From an uncultured Planctomycetia bacterium (lineage in GTDB: Bacteria > Omnitrophota > Gorgyraeia > B26-G9): a stretch of DNA of 64,000 nt. Under the pieces are notes generated by a model. The model did not search any database and was not told the origin of the DNA. It saw only the letters and a program-made list of their open reading frames with translations. Below, piece after piece: positions 28,360 to 37,000 of this stretch (position 1 is its first letter; every line of letters starts with the position of its first letter). The DNA is taken from NCBI GenBank assembly GCA_964437495.1, contig CAYTGV010000006.1, forward strand, positions 18,529-82,528. The letters are read 5' to 3'. The position numbers and the translations under genes are program-made.

Positions 28360-28629
28360 CACCATATCTCCATTTTCAGATCAATTAATTCGGCAGAGGA
28401 ATAAGCATTTACAGATCATTAACTCTACTTCAAGATTCCGTTAATATATTTTTTGTTTTACCTATGCAGGTAATACCGACAACAGCTTTCTGCCACTTAT
28501 CATGTTCCGCGATCTCACTTACAAATACATTGAAATTCGCCCTAATTTTGTCTTTAAGCCGCTTAATAACATGTCTCTTAGACTTCTTGCGGGTATATAC
28601 AGCTGCACATGCAAGGCAACTAGGGGCAT
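28359..28629 (-). pseudogene. Frameshifted DUF503 (YlxP-like) gene
   Basis: Piecewise translation in shifting frames: MPLVALHVQLYIPARS / KSKRHVIKRLKDKIRANFNVFVSEIAEHDKWQKAVVGITCIG / KKYINGIL / SRVNDL / VNAYSSAELIDLKMEIW*. The stop overlaps the rbfA ATG (TGATG), the usual DUF503 position. Confidence 0.85.
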
Positions 28630-31238
28630 ATTATTTTACTTGCCATTTCAAGTTCTTGTTTTTTTGTTGTAATAAGGCCGTCGATTTTTGCGTGCAGTGT
28701 CTGTTCAAGCGCCTGTTTAAAACGCGGCCCTGTAAAAGATACAATTTTCTTCAGATCATGACCAGTGATTTGAAGCTTTATATTAGCATATTTTCTTAAA
28801 TAATTAATATATAATTCTTTTTTCTTCAATGTCTTAGTCTTGGCCATAAAAAAAAGCAATACTTCAATGGGCAGATTCCTAAAAAGAACATACAAACGGC
28901 TTGGCGACACTTTACTGCTTTTATTTAGGGACTGAAAGATCTTCGTCTGGATCTCCTTACTCATTATTACGCATCGCTCTACTAATTTTTCAAAGTTAAA
29001 ATTATGAAAAACCTCTCGGGTCTCCTCAAGATTCAAACCATCTAAGATAACCATTAGATAAAGCACCTGGCACTTAAGAGAAGATTGAAAAAAACTAAGC
29101 TTATACCATGCTAATACTTCCTCCATAGATTCAAGGCAGTAAAGCATTTTTTTATTAAATTTTAAACGCCTGTGTATAAACTTCAATTCATGAAGATGGG
29201 CCATGCGCCTGATAACCTTTATCGGATGCGGCTCATTTAAAAGCAGCATCAGCTCATCAGATATCCTGCATTTATGCAGTCTGTCAAACATTTCAAGGTC
29301 CACAGCCGCCTGAATTAAATTTTCCGTATGCCTATCTATATTAAAATCAAAACGCTGCTCAAAGCGGACAGCCCGGAAAATCCGGGTAGGATCCTCCACA
29401 AAGCTAATATCATGCAAAACGCGTATCCTTTTTTCCTTGATATCTTTTTCTCCCTGAAAAAAATCGATCAGTTTAGCGAAATTAGATTTATTTAAACCCA
29501 AGGCAAGAGTGTTTATGGTAAAATCGCGCCGGCATAAGTCCTTAGCCAGGGTACTCGAGCTTACTACCGGCAAGGCCGCGGGTGTTTCGTAAAATTCAGT
29601 CCGAGCCGTAGCAATATCCAAAATCGTTTCATCCCTAAGCCTGATCTTCGCTGTTTTAAATCTTTGATGAATTTTAACCTTTGCTTTAAAAACTTTTGCC
29701 AAATTCCTAGCAAAGTCAATTGCATTGGCCTCAACAACAATATCCATATCCAGATTAGCCACACCCAGAATCAGATCCCGCACAAATCCTCCGACAATAT
29801 AGGCGTTTATATTCTGTTTTTGGGCAATCCGGCCTATTTTTTCAAGCAAAAGTATAGTTTTTTTAGGCAAGATCCTTTCCATCTTTTCTCTAAGATCTTT
29901 TGGCCTATTGATTACAGGCCTTATAATCCTTTTCGGCACCTTTTCTATAAATATATCATGATAATTGCCCTTAAAAATATCTCTGCGTGATATAATACCG
30001 ATCAGTCTGCCTTTATCAATCACAGGCAGGATTTTAAGGCTCTTATCAGACATAGTTCTTTGCACATCATCCACAGGCGTATCCGCGCTTATTATGGGAA
30101 CCTTCCTACGCATATACCCTTTTATAGGTGCATGCGCAAACCCCTGTCTCAATGCGCGGTTAATATCACTTTTGTTAATAATACCTTCGAATTTTCCTTT
30201 TTCAACCACTGCCACAGCCTCAAGTCCAAGCTTATCAACTATATGCTTAGCCTTCTCAACAGAAATACTCAAGTTGAGGATATTAAGCTGCACATTCATT
30301 ATTTTTGCGGCATTAAGCTCTGATTTTACTTTCTTCTTAAGAATCGCTAAAAGTTCTCCCTCCACATCAGTAATCTTTTTACCCCGGATCGTAGCTGATG
30401 CTGCGCTCTTATGTCCCCCTCCGTTGAATTTTCTAATTATCTTATTTACATCCACAGACTTTAAACGGCTGCGTGCGATTATCCGTATTTTATCTTTTAT
30501 ATTTATCAAAGTGAATAGCACGCTGAAATTTTCTATTTCAAGAAGTTTATGTGTAACCCAGGCCAGGTCAAGGGATTCGTTAAAGATCTTTACGCTGGCA
30601 ATAGCGATATTTAAGCCAGCGATACGAAATATTTTAGTTGCATCAATAAACTGTGAAAGTAAATGCATCTCCTTTTTATTCAATTCCCGGTTCAGGCTTG
30701 CTGCGATAAGGCTTAAATTAGCACCTTTAGAAAACAGGTAGCTTACCATATCAATATCTTTTTTTGTCGTAGTCGCAAAAGTCAAAGATCCGGTATCTTC
30801 ATAAATTCCCAGGGCAAATATAGTCGCCTCAAGCTGGCTTATCTGGATCTTTCTCTTTTTAATTATTTCAAGCAGAATTGTTACTGTAGCACCTCTTCTA
30901 TGGTATATATCCTTATGCGCCTTCAGATCACTTTTGCCTCTGGGATGATGATCATAGCAATGCAGCACAAGCCCGGGATTTTTGATGAACTCACCTGCTT
31001 TTCCAATTCTGTTTTTAAGTCTTGTATCTACAAGTATCAGGCGACGCATTTTTTTAAAATCCACATACCTTTCGCTCTCAGCGTGGATACATTCCTGCAG
31101 CAGAGATAAAAAATTACGCACGCTGCGTTCTTTGGATGAGGGCAGAATGACCTTTGCCTTTGGATAGAGTTTTGAAGCGGCAAGCAAGCTACCCAATGCG
31201 TCAAAATCCGCATTATTATGTGTTACGATCACGTCCAT
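28620..31238 (-). CDS. cca: tRNA nucleotidyltransferase (CCA- or A-adding) with DHH-DHHA1-CBS domains
   Basis: H.NADFDA, DHH, EDTGS, GGGH..AAS, tandem CBS, VGGFVRD..L..DMDI, RRDFTIN, EDPTRI.RA.RF. Confidence 0.9.
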   Translation of the reverse strand: MDVIVTHNNADFDALGSLLAASKLYPKAKVILPSSKERSVRNFLSLLQECIHAESERYVDFKKMRRLILVDTRLKNRIGKAGEFIKNPGLVLHCYDHHPRGKSDLKAHKDIYHRRGATVTILLEIIKKRKIQISQLEATIFALGIYEDTGSLTFATTTKKDIDMVSYLFSKGANLSLIAASLNRELNKKEMHLLSQFIDATKIFRIAGLNIAIASVKIFNESLDLAWVTHKLLEIENFSVLFTLINIKDKIRIIARSRLKSVDVNKIIRKFNGGGHKSAASATIRGKKITDVEGELLAILKKKVKSELNAAKIMNVQLNILNLSISVEKAKHIVDKLGLEAVAVVEKGKFEGIINKSDINRALRQGFAHAPIKGYMRRKVPIISADTPVDDVQRTMSDKSLKILPVIDKGRLIGIISRRDIFKGNYHDIFIEKVPKRIIRPVINRPKDLREKMERILPKKTILLLEKIGRIAQKQNINAYIVGGFVRDLILGVANLDMDIVVEANAIDFARNLAKVFKAKVKIHQRFKTAKIRLRDETILDIATARTEFYETPAALPVVSSSTLAKDLCRRDFTINTLALGLNKSNFAKLIDFFQGEKDIKEKRIRVLHDISFVEDPTRIFRAVRFEQRFDFNIDRHTENLIQAAVDLEMFDRLHKCRISDELMLLLNEPHPIKVIRRMAHLHELKFIHRRLKFNKKMLYCLESMEEVLAWYKLSFFQSSLKCQVLYLMVILDGLNLEETREVFHNFNFEKLVERCVIMSKEIQTKIFQSLNKSSKVSPSRLYVLFRNLPIEVLLFFMAKTKTLKKKELYINYLRKYANIKLQITGHDLKKIVSFTGPRFKQALEQTLHAKIDGLITTKKQELEMASKIICP

Positions 31239-31369
31239 AATCTACCCCAAAGTAAAAAGTAAAAAGATAAAAGTTATAAGTTGAAATAAAAATGTTCTAT
31301 ACAATCTGATATTTACAATCTCAGGAAATGAGCAGCTGTTTTGTCCCAGAATAGTTTGCACTGTTTTAT

Positions 31370-31419
31370 GTTACTTGCGGTTGCTAACAGTTACAAATAG
31401 TTACTACTGGTTATTTTTT
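31370..31419. repeat. Degenerate decamer tandem array
   Basis: GTTACTTGCG GTTGCTAACA GTTACAAATA GTTACTACTG GTTATTTTTT. Confidence 0.7.
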
Positions 31420-31485
31420 ACTTCAGGCTTTTACTATCAGCCATCGACCATTAGCCATTAGCTAGATTGCTTTTCCAGCTTTTAA

Positions 31486-31538
31486 CCGTTACCGTAGCCT
31501 TTTTCGACGATACGGGCATCGCAACCGCTTACCTTTTT
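31486..31538. repeat. Intergenic repeat module B, copy 2
   Basis: 51/53 identical to 13645-13697, flanked on both sides by module-C-like heptamers. Confidence 0.93.
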
Positions 31539-31657
31539 GCTCGCTACTTTTTACAGCTATCGGCCATTAGCTTATTCTCTTTTTACTTTTCATTTGTAAT
31601 TCACATGTGCCCTGTAGGTATAACTAGTAATTAGTAATTCCTGCCCTTGGGCAGGCT

Positions 31658-31732
31658 TGGCGCCCCCTGGAAGAATCGAACTTCCATCTCAGGCTCCGGA
31701 GGCCAGTGCTTTATCCGTTAAGCTAAGGGGGC
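31658..31732 (-). tRNA. tRNA-Arg(CCG)
   Basis: GCCCCCTTAGCTTAACGGATAAAGCACTGGCCTCCGGAGCCTGAGATGGAAGTTCGATTCTTCCAGGGGGCGCCA: 7-bp acceptor stem, anticodon loop CT-CCG-GA, TTCGA T-loop, encoded CCA. Confidence 0.96.
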
Positions 31733-31804
31733 AGTGTGTGAAAATTAACCTATTGAAAGCAATGAACTTATTTAGCTCTCGATAGTATTTAACTCTAAAA
31801 CTTG

Positions 31805-31854
31805 AAAAGTGTCAAGACAGCGGATGGAATTTTTTATGAATTGATTTAAGCCTA
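31805..31854. repeat. Direct duplicate of the xerD 3' end (other copy 32352-32401)
   Basis: 46/50 identical, with a 33-bp exact core GGATGGAATTTTTTATGAATTGATTTAAGCCTA. Confidence 0.93.
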
Positions 31855-31888
31855 AAAAAATCTCCTCGAACGTTTTACCTTCAAGAAG

Positions 31889-31918
31889 ATTATATCAACT
31901 ATACATTTTTACTGTCAA
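31889..31918 (-). promoter_or_regulatory. Consensus sigma70 promoter pointing at tRNA-Arg
   Basis: TTGACA-18 nt-TATAAT on the minus strand. Confidence 0.75.
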
Positions 31919-31972
31919 TTAATTAGAACCGCCCCCTTTTTCCCCTAATTATTATATCTTTTTTCTAAGTTA

Positions 31973-32283
31973 TCCCCTTTTGAAATATACGTTAAATTTT
32001 CTTTGGTTTATGAACGAAGATGAAGACAGGATGTCGAAACGCCGTAAAGCAGGACTGCTTTTTCGGCGGCGAAGTCACAGTGATTAAATCATTAGAAAAT
32101 TGCGGAGATTTCTCTGGGGCGGGTTTTAAAATAAGACCGTAATCTACAGATTTTTTTTGAGGTAAGTTACATGGTCGAATTTATCCCGCATGCTTTTAGT
32201 CAGGGCCTTTGCTTCGTTTCCTTTTGACAACAAAAGGAAACGAAGGCTGGGTGACACAACATCTGGGGCAGGCATCGCCCCTT
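31973..32283. repeat. Structured intergenic repeat D, copy 1 (copy 2 at 56561-56927)
   Basis: Colinear blocks shared with copy 2, including exact TCGAATTTATCCCGCATGCTTTTAGTC. Perfect 15-bp hairpin at 32212-32245. Confidence 0.9.
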
Positions 32284-32358
32284 ATTCAATCAGCTTCTAA
32301 TTTCGAAGTTTAAATCCTTATCCACTTGAACCGTAACATTATTCTGAAGCAAAAAGTA

Positions 32359-33252
32359 TCAAGGCAAGGGATGGAATTTTTTATGAATTGATTTAAGCCT
32401 ATCTTTATTCATATGGGTATATATCTGAGTTGTGGCAATATTGCTATGGCCAAGCAGCTCCTGAACAATACGCAGATCCGCCCCTTTTTCCAGCAAATGA
32501 GTAGCAAATGAATGACGCAAAGTATGCGGAGAAATTCGTTTGGAAATATTAGCTAAAATCGCATACTGCTTAATAAGCTTCCATATCCTTCTGCGGTTAA
32601 GTTTCATCCCGAACTTAGAAACAAAAAGATGGTTAGATACCTTATTCTTAAGCAGCTTTCCCCTGGCTTTTTCTAAATATTCCACAATAGCTGACTGTGC
32701 ATACCCGCCCATTGGGATAATTCTTTCTTTCTCGCCTTTACCAAAACAACGAATAACTCCCAGTTTTAGATCTATATCTTTAAGATTCAGATCAACCAGC
32801 TCAGAAACACGCATACCTGTAGCATAGAGCAATTCAAATATTGCCAGATCACGCAAATCTTTTTTTTCTGGCCCTCTGATTACAGCCAAAAGGCTTTCCA
32901 CTTCCCCAATAGAAAGAACATCCGGCAGATAGCGCCACAGGCGCGGGGATTCTAAAAGCTCAGCCGGGTCTTTTTTTACATATTTCTGGCTCACAAGATA
33001 TCTGTAGAAAACCTTCAGGACCACTATATTTCGCGATATCGAACTTGATTTTAATTTTTTTTCTTTAAGATCGCATATAAAATCAACAAAATTAACCCGG
33101 GTGGGATTCAATAAGTCTGTGATCTGATTATCTTCGCTATATTGCGAAAACTTGTTCAGATCTCGCCGATAGGAAGATATTGTATTGACAGAAAGGCCGC
33201 GTTCTAATGACAAATAATCAATAAATTCATCAATATAGCGTTCAAGTTTCAT
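32359..33252 (-). CDS. xerD: Tyrosine recombinase XerD
   Basis: ERGLS.NT..SY.RDL, LP.VLS..EV, RD.A..ELLYATGMRVSEL, GKG.KER, SPHTLRHSFATHLL, LLGH..I.TTQIYTH. Confidence 0.93.
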   Translation of the reverse strand: MKLERYIDEFIDYLSLERGLSVNTISSYRRDLNKFSQYSEDNQITDLLNPTRVNFVDFICDLKEKKLKSSSISRNIVVLKVFYRYLVSQKYVKKDPAELLESPRLWRYLPDVLSIGEVESLLAVIRGPEKKDLRDLAIFELLYATGMRVSELVDLNLKDIDLKLGVIRCFGKGEKERIIPMGGYAQSAIVEYLEKARGKLLKNKVSNHLFVSKFGMKLNRRRIWKLIKQYAILANISKRISPHTLRHSFATHLLEKGADLRIVQELLGHSNIATTQIYTHMNKDRLKSIHKKFHPLP

Positions 33253-33940
33253 TTTTAATTAGATATTTCATGATTTTTTTCATATCATCCCAAACAAGCT
33301 TTTTATCATGGGGACTTCTTAAAAGATATGCCGGGTGAAAAGTAGGCATAAGTTTAATTCCATTAAAATCATAGAAATTCCCTCTAAGCCTTGAAATCGG
33401 ATTTGTAACATTCAGCATGGTATGCGCGGCAAATTTACCAAGGGTACAAATTACTTTGGGCTTTATTATCTCAACCAGCTGCATTAAATAAGGCTTACAG
33501 GATACTACCTCTTCTGGTGATGGATTGCGGTTTCCCGGAGGATGGCAACGCAATACATTAGTAATAAATACATCTTTGCGCTCTAATTTCATTGCCGCTA
33601 TGATCTTACTTAACAGCTGACCGGCCGCACCGATGAAAGGAATTCCGGCTAAATCCTCATCCCTTCCTGGAGCTTCACCCACAAACATAATCTCTGCACT
33701 TAGGCTTCCATCGCCAAAAACAAGCTTATTCCTAGTCTTATATAACGCGCACCGCTGGCATTTTTCTGCTTTGGCCAGAAGCATGTCAAATGCCTCTTGT
33801 TTAGATACCACCGCAGCAACCGATTCAGTACTGGAAAAAGGAATGCCTTCCGGAGAAAAATATTCCTCAAACTCAAGACGAAGTCTGAGACACTCAAGAT
33901 TGTGTTTTAGCTCTTGGGCGATAAGTTTTCCTTGACCCAT
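33242..33940 (-). CDS. udg: Family-4 uracil-DNA glycosylase
   Basis: C..C, VGEAPG..ED..G.PF.G.AG, C.PP.NR.P, TFHPAYLLR. Confidence 0.93.
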   Translation of the reverse strand: MGQGKLIAQELKHNLECLRLRLEFEEYFSPEGIPFSSTESVAAVVSKQEAFDMLLAKAEKCQRCALYKTRNKLVFGDGSLSAEIMFVGEAPGRDEDLAGIPFIGAAGQLLSKIIAAMKLERKDVFITNVLRCHPPGNRNPSPEEVVSCKPYLMQLVEIIKPKVICTLGKFAAHTMLNVTNPISRLRGNFYDFNGIKLMPTFHPAYLLRSPHDKKLVWDDMKKIMKYLIKNET

Positions 33941-35064
33941 TGATATATCCCCTCTGCTGCTTTTGGTTTTGCTAGTTTTAAAGCATTATCCCTCATTTGC
34001 TTTAAAACCCGGCCATCACCTTCAAGCATTTTTTCTACCTCTTGAGTTACCTGGCTGACATCAGAGAGCCTTATTCCTATATTAGCGTCCTCAATAATCT
34101 CTGCGTTCCTCATTTCCTGTCCGGGAATAGAACGAATAATAATCATCGGCAGGCCCTTTACCAGAGACTCAGACACCGTCAGGCCTCCGGATTTTGAAAT
34201 TATAATATCAGAGGCCTCCATACATTCCTCCATATTATTCACGTACCCGAAAACCTTGATCTTCTTTTTAAAAGCAGCTTCTTTGAAATAATTAAGCATC
34301 TGGGCATTCTTGCCGCAAATCACAAGCATTTGCATTTCAGATGGGCTATCATCTAAAAACTGGGCTATTTTTTTAATCGGCCCTACGCCAAATCCTCCAC
34401 TGGTAATTAAAACCGTGAATTTATCTGCGTCCAGCCCTAATTTTTCACGCATCTCTTTTCGAGATATCTGCTTAGAAAATTTTTCTTCCACAGGTATGCC
34501 GATAACTATAATTTTCTCCTGCGCCACTCCTTTTGAAATAAGTTCAGTTTTAGTCATCTCACTTGCGACAAAATAGAAATCCGTGCCATCATTTATCCAA
34601 AATTGATGTACCCCAAAATCAGTTACTCCGCACAGGACAAGGCCTTTAAATCTACCACTGCACTTTAAATGCGACATTAACTCCGCAGAGAGAAAATGCT
34701 CGCATATCACTGCATCCGGCGCTTCCTCTAATACATACTTGATCAGCGGTTTACTTTGCAAGGCATTAAAAAAATGACGCATTGAATTAATGAATGGTTT
34801 TAGCGGGCCATAGTTGAGCAGATGAAATATCCATCCCCAAAGAAAGGGGGTATATCTTACCAAAAATATATATACAGCCGGATAGGCCTTTTTAAAAAAA
34901 CCATTTGTATAATCCAGTACATCTATCTTTTTTATCTGATCGCTATCATTGCCATGGACCAGAAATGCTTGATGCAGAGCCTGAGCAGCTTTAAGATGAC
35001 CGGCACCGGCAGTTGCGTGGATAATCAAAATCTTCAAAATATCACCCCTTTTTTTTACAATCAA
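33907..35064 (-). CDS. MGDG-synthase/UgtP-like GT28 glycosyltransferase
   Basis: G.GH..AA.AL, VTDF..H..W, GIPV, GGG.G, CGKN, ISKSGGLT.SE, IPGQE..NA. Confidence 0.88.
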   Translation of the reverse strand: MIVKKRGDILKILIIHATAGAGHLKAAQALHQAFLVHGNDSDQIKKIDVLDYTNGFFKKAYPAVYIFLVRYTPFLWGWIFHLLNYGPLKPFINSMRHFFNALQSKPLIKYVLEEAPDAVICEHFLSAELMSHLKCSGRFKGLVLCGVTDFGVHQFWINDGTDFYFVASEMTKTELISKGVAQEKIIVIGIPVEEKFSKQISRKEMREKLGLDADKFTVLITSGGFGVGPIKKIAQFLDDSPSEMQMLVICGKNAQMLNYFKEAAFKKKIKVFGYVNNMEECMEASDIIISKSGGLTVSESLVKGLPMIIIRSIPGQEMRNAEIIEDANIGIRLSDVSQVTQEVEKMLEGDGRVLKQMRDNALKLAKPKAAEGIYQWVKENLSPKS

Positions 35065-35094
35065 GCTTAGCTTTATATATTTTTCAAATTAGAT

Positions 35095-35736
35095 TTAACT
35101 GTTTTTCTTTAGATCAAGTTTGGGGGCAAGAAGTTCTTTAGGCATAAGAACTCCGCCAGAAATGATTATCTTAAAGGCGTCCTCAATGCTTATATCAAGT
35201 ACCGTAACGTCCCTTTTGGGCAAAATAACAAAAAACCCGGTTATGGGATTCGGCGCAGAAGAGATATAAACACAAACAGTCTCCATATCCGTTCCGGCAA
35301 TGCTTTCTGATTTGAATTCATTTGTAATAAAGCCTAAAGTAAAAACATCTTTTCGGGGATACTCAAACAAAACAACCTTTTTAAAATTAACCTTTTCTTC
35401 AGAAAACAGAAATTTAACAAGCTGCTTTATCGAAGGATAGATTTGATAAACAAAGGGAATACGCAAAAAAACACGCTCAAAAAATGGCATTATTTTTTTT
35501 ACAAAAACATTAGTTGCCAGAATACCTGTAAAGAAAATTATAATTATTATAGCGACAAGCCCCAACCCAAAAAAGGACATTCCGTATGTAGTTTCAATAT
35601 ACGGCCTGATAAAACGCCCCAGCAAGTTATCAAGAAATCTTACAGTAATAGAAAGGATGTTAATAGTGAGGAATAAAGGCAAAAGAACAACAATACCAGC
35701 TATCAAGTATCTGCGAATTTTGGTTTTTATAGTCAT
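35095..35736 (-). CDS. DUF502 membrane protein
   Basis: Two N-terminal TM helices, RIP....IY...KQ, EYPR, PNP.TGF, A.K.IISGG. Confidence 0.88.
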   Translation of the reverse strand: MTIKTKIRRYLIAGIVVLLPLFLTINILSITVRFLDNLLGRFIRPYIETTYGMSFFGLGLVAIIIIIFFTGILATNVFVKKIMPFFERVFLRIPFVYQIYPSIKQLVKFLFSEEKVNFKKVVLFEYPRKDVFTLGFITNEFKSESIAGTDMETVCVYISSAPNPITGFFVILPKRDVTVLDISIEDAFKIIISGGVLMPKELLAPKLDLKKNS

Positions 35737-35740
35737 GTGA

Positions 35741-36334
35741 TCATCCTATTGTTAATCCGCTGAAGCCCAAAAAGGCCAGGGACATCAAGCCTGCGATAAT
35801 AAAAGCAATAGGCGCTCCCTTAAAAGGTGCCGGTATTTTTGCCATTTCTAACTTCACTCTAATACTGGTCATCAATATAAGCGCCAGGGCAAAACCAAGG
35901 CCAGCGCTGAATCCCTGGATTACGCTTTCAATAAAATTCAACTTTCCCTGCACATTCAAAAGTGTAACAAAAAGAACTACACAGTTGCAGGTAATCAGAG
36001 GCAGATATATGCCCAATGCTTTGTACAATATCGGATTGAACTTACGAACAAAAATTTCAACAAGCTGAACAAAACAAGCAATAATTAAAATAAATGATAT
36101 TATATTCAGGTATTCCAGGCCAAAAGGCACTAAAACAAAATTATAAATAGGCCAGGTTATTATTGATGACATGGTCACCACAAAAGTCATGGAAATCCCC
36201 ATACCTACAGCTATATCAAGTTTTTTAGATATCCCGACAAACGGACATAATCCTAAAAAACGAGACAGAACGAAATTATTAACAAAAATAGCTGATACAA
36301 TAATACCAAATATTTTTATAAAATTTATTTCCAC
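35741..36334 (-). CDS. rnfA: Rnf/Rsx electron transport complex subunit A
   Basis: NNFVL..FLGLCPF.G.S, FIL.IA..VQ.VE, LGIYLPLIT.NC, AGLMSLAF.GF.G. Confidence 0.92.
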   Translation of the reverse strand: MEINFIKIFGIIVSAIFVNNFVLSRFLGLCPFVGISKKLDIAVGMGISMTFVVTMSSIITWPIYNFVLVPFGLEYLNIISFILIIACFVQLVEIFVRKFNPILYKALGIYLPLITCNCVVLFVTLLNVQGKLNFIESVIQGFSAGLGFALALILMTSIRVKLEMAKIPAPFKGAPIAFIIAGLMSLAFLGFSGLTIG

Positions 36335-36348
36335 GCATTTCCCTCTTA

Positions 36349-36990
36349 TTATTTTTTCTCAACTGCAATATTAGCGATATTTTTTGTTTTATCTGCATTA
36401 ATAAAATTCAAGGCAGCCATAATTACACCAATTGTTAAAAAGGCTCCCGGCGGCAGAATCATTACCAGCATCGGATTAAATGAAGCACCAAACAAAGGAA
36501 ATCCTAACAATGTTCCCCCTCCTAATATCTCGCGTATAGCCCCGATACCGCCAGCCGCCAAGGTGAATCCAATACCCATACCCAGGGCATCGGCGATAGA
36601 CATGCTCACAGTATTTTTGCTGGCAAAGGCCTCTGCCCTGCCCAGGATAATACAGTTTACAACCATAATATCCACAAAAAGCCCGAGTTCCGCGTATAGC
36701 AAAGGCACATAGGCCTGTAAAAGCAATTTAACAATTGTCACAAAAGTCGCGATTACCAGAATATAACAGGGGATGCGTACCTCTGTCGGTACAAAATCCT
36801 TAATAAGCGAGACAATCGTATTTGATCCAAGCAGAACAAAGGTTGCGGCAAGACCAATGGCAATTCCATTTTTAGCAGTCACCGTAACCGCAAGAGTAGG
36901 ACATAATCCAAGCATTAATCTAAAAACCGGATTCTCAAAACAAACCCCGCTCATTATACAATCTTTAAGACAGGCCAGCTTTTTATTCAT
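36349..36990 (-). CDS. rnfE: Rnf/Rsx electron transport complex subunit E
   Basis: ENP.F...LGLCPTLAVT, VRIP.YI..IATFV, VVNCIILGRAEAFA, REILG.G, LPPGAF. Start at MNKKL (36990). Confidence 0.92.
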   Translation of the reverse strand: MNKKLACLKDCIMSGVCFENPVFRLMLGLCPTLAVTVTAKNGIAIGLAATFVLLGSNTIVSLIKDFVPTEVRIPCYILVIATFVTIVKLLLQAYVPLLYAELGLFVDIMVVNCIILGRAEAFASKNTVSMSIADALGMGIGFTLAAGGIGAIREILGGGTLLGFPLFGASFNPMLVMILPPGAFLTIGVIMAALNFINADKTKNIANIAVEKK

Positions 36991-37000
36991 AATAATCCTT

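Noticed and set aside
31658-33252. Prophage or island integrase next to a tRNA
   Set aside because: The recombinase is a typical housekeeping XerD coupled to udg. No duplication of the tRNA 3' end and no phage genes were seen.
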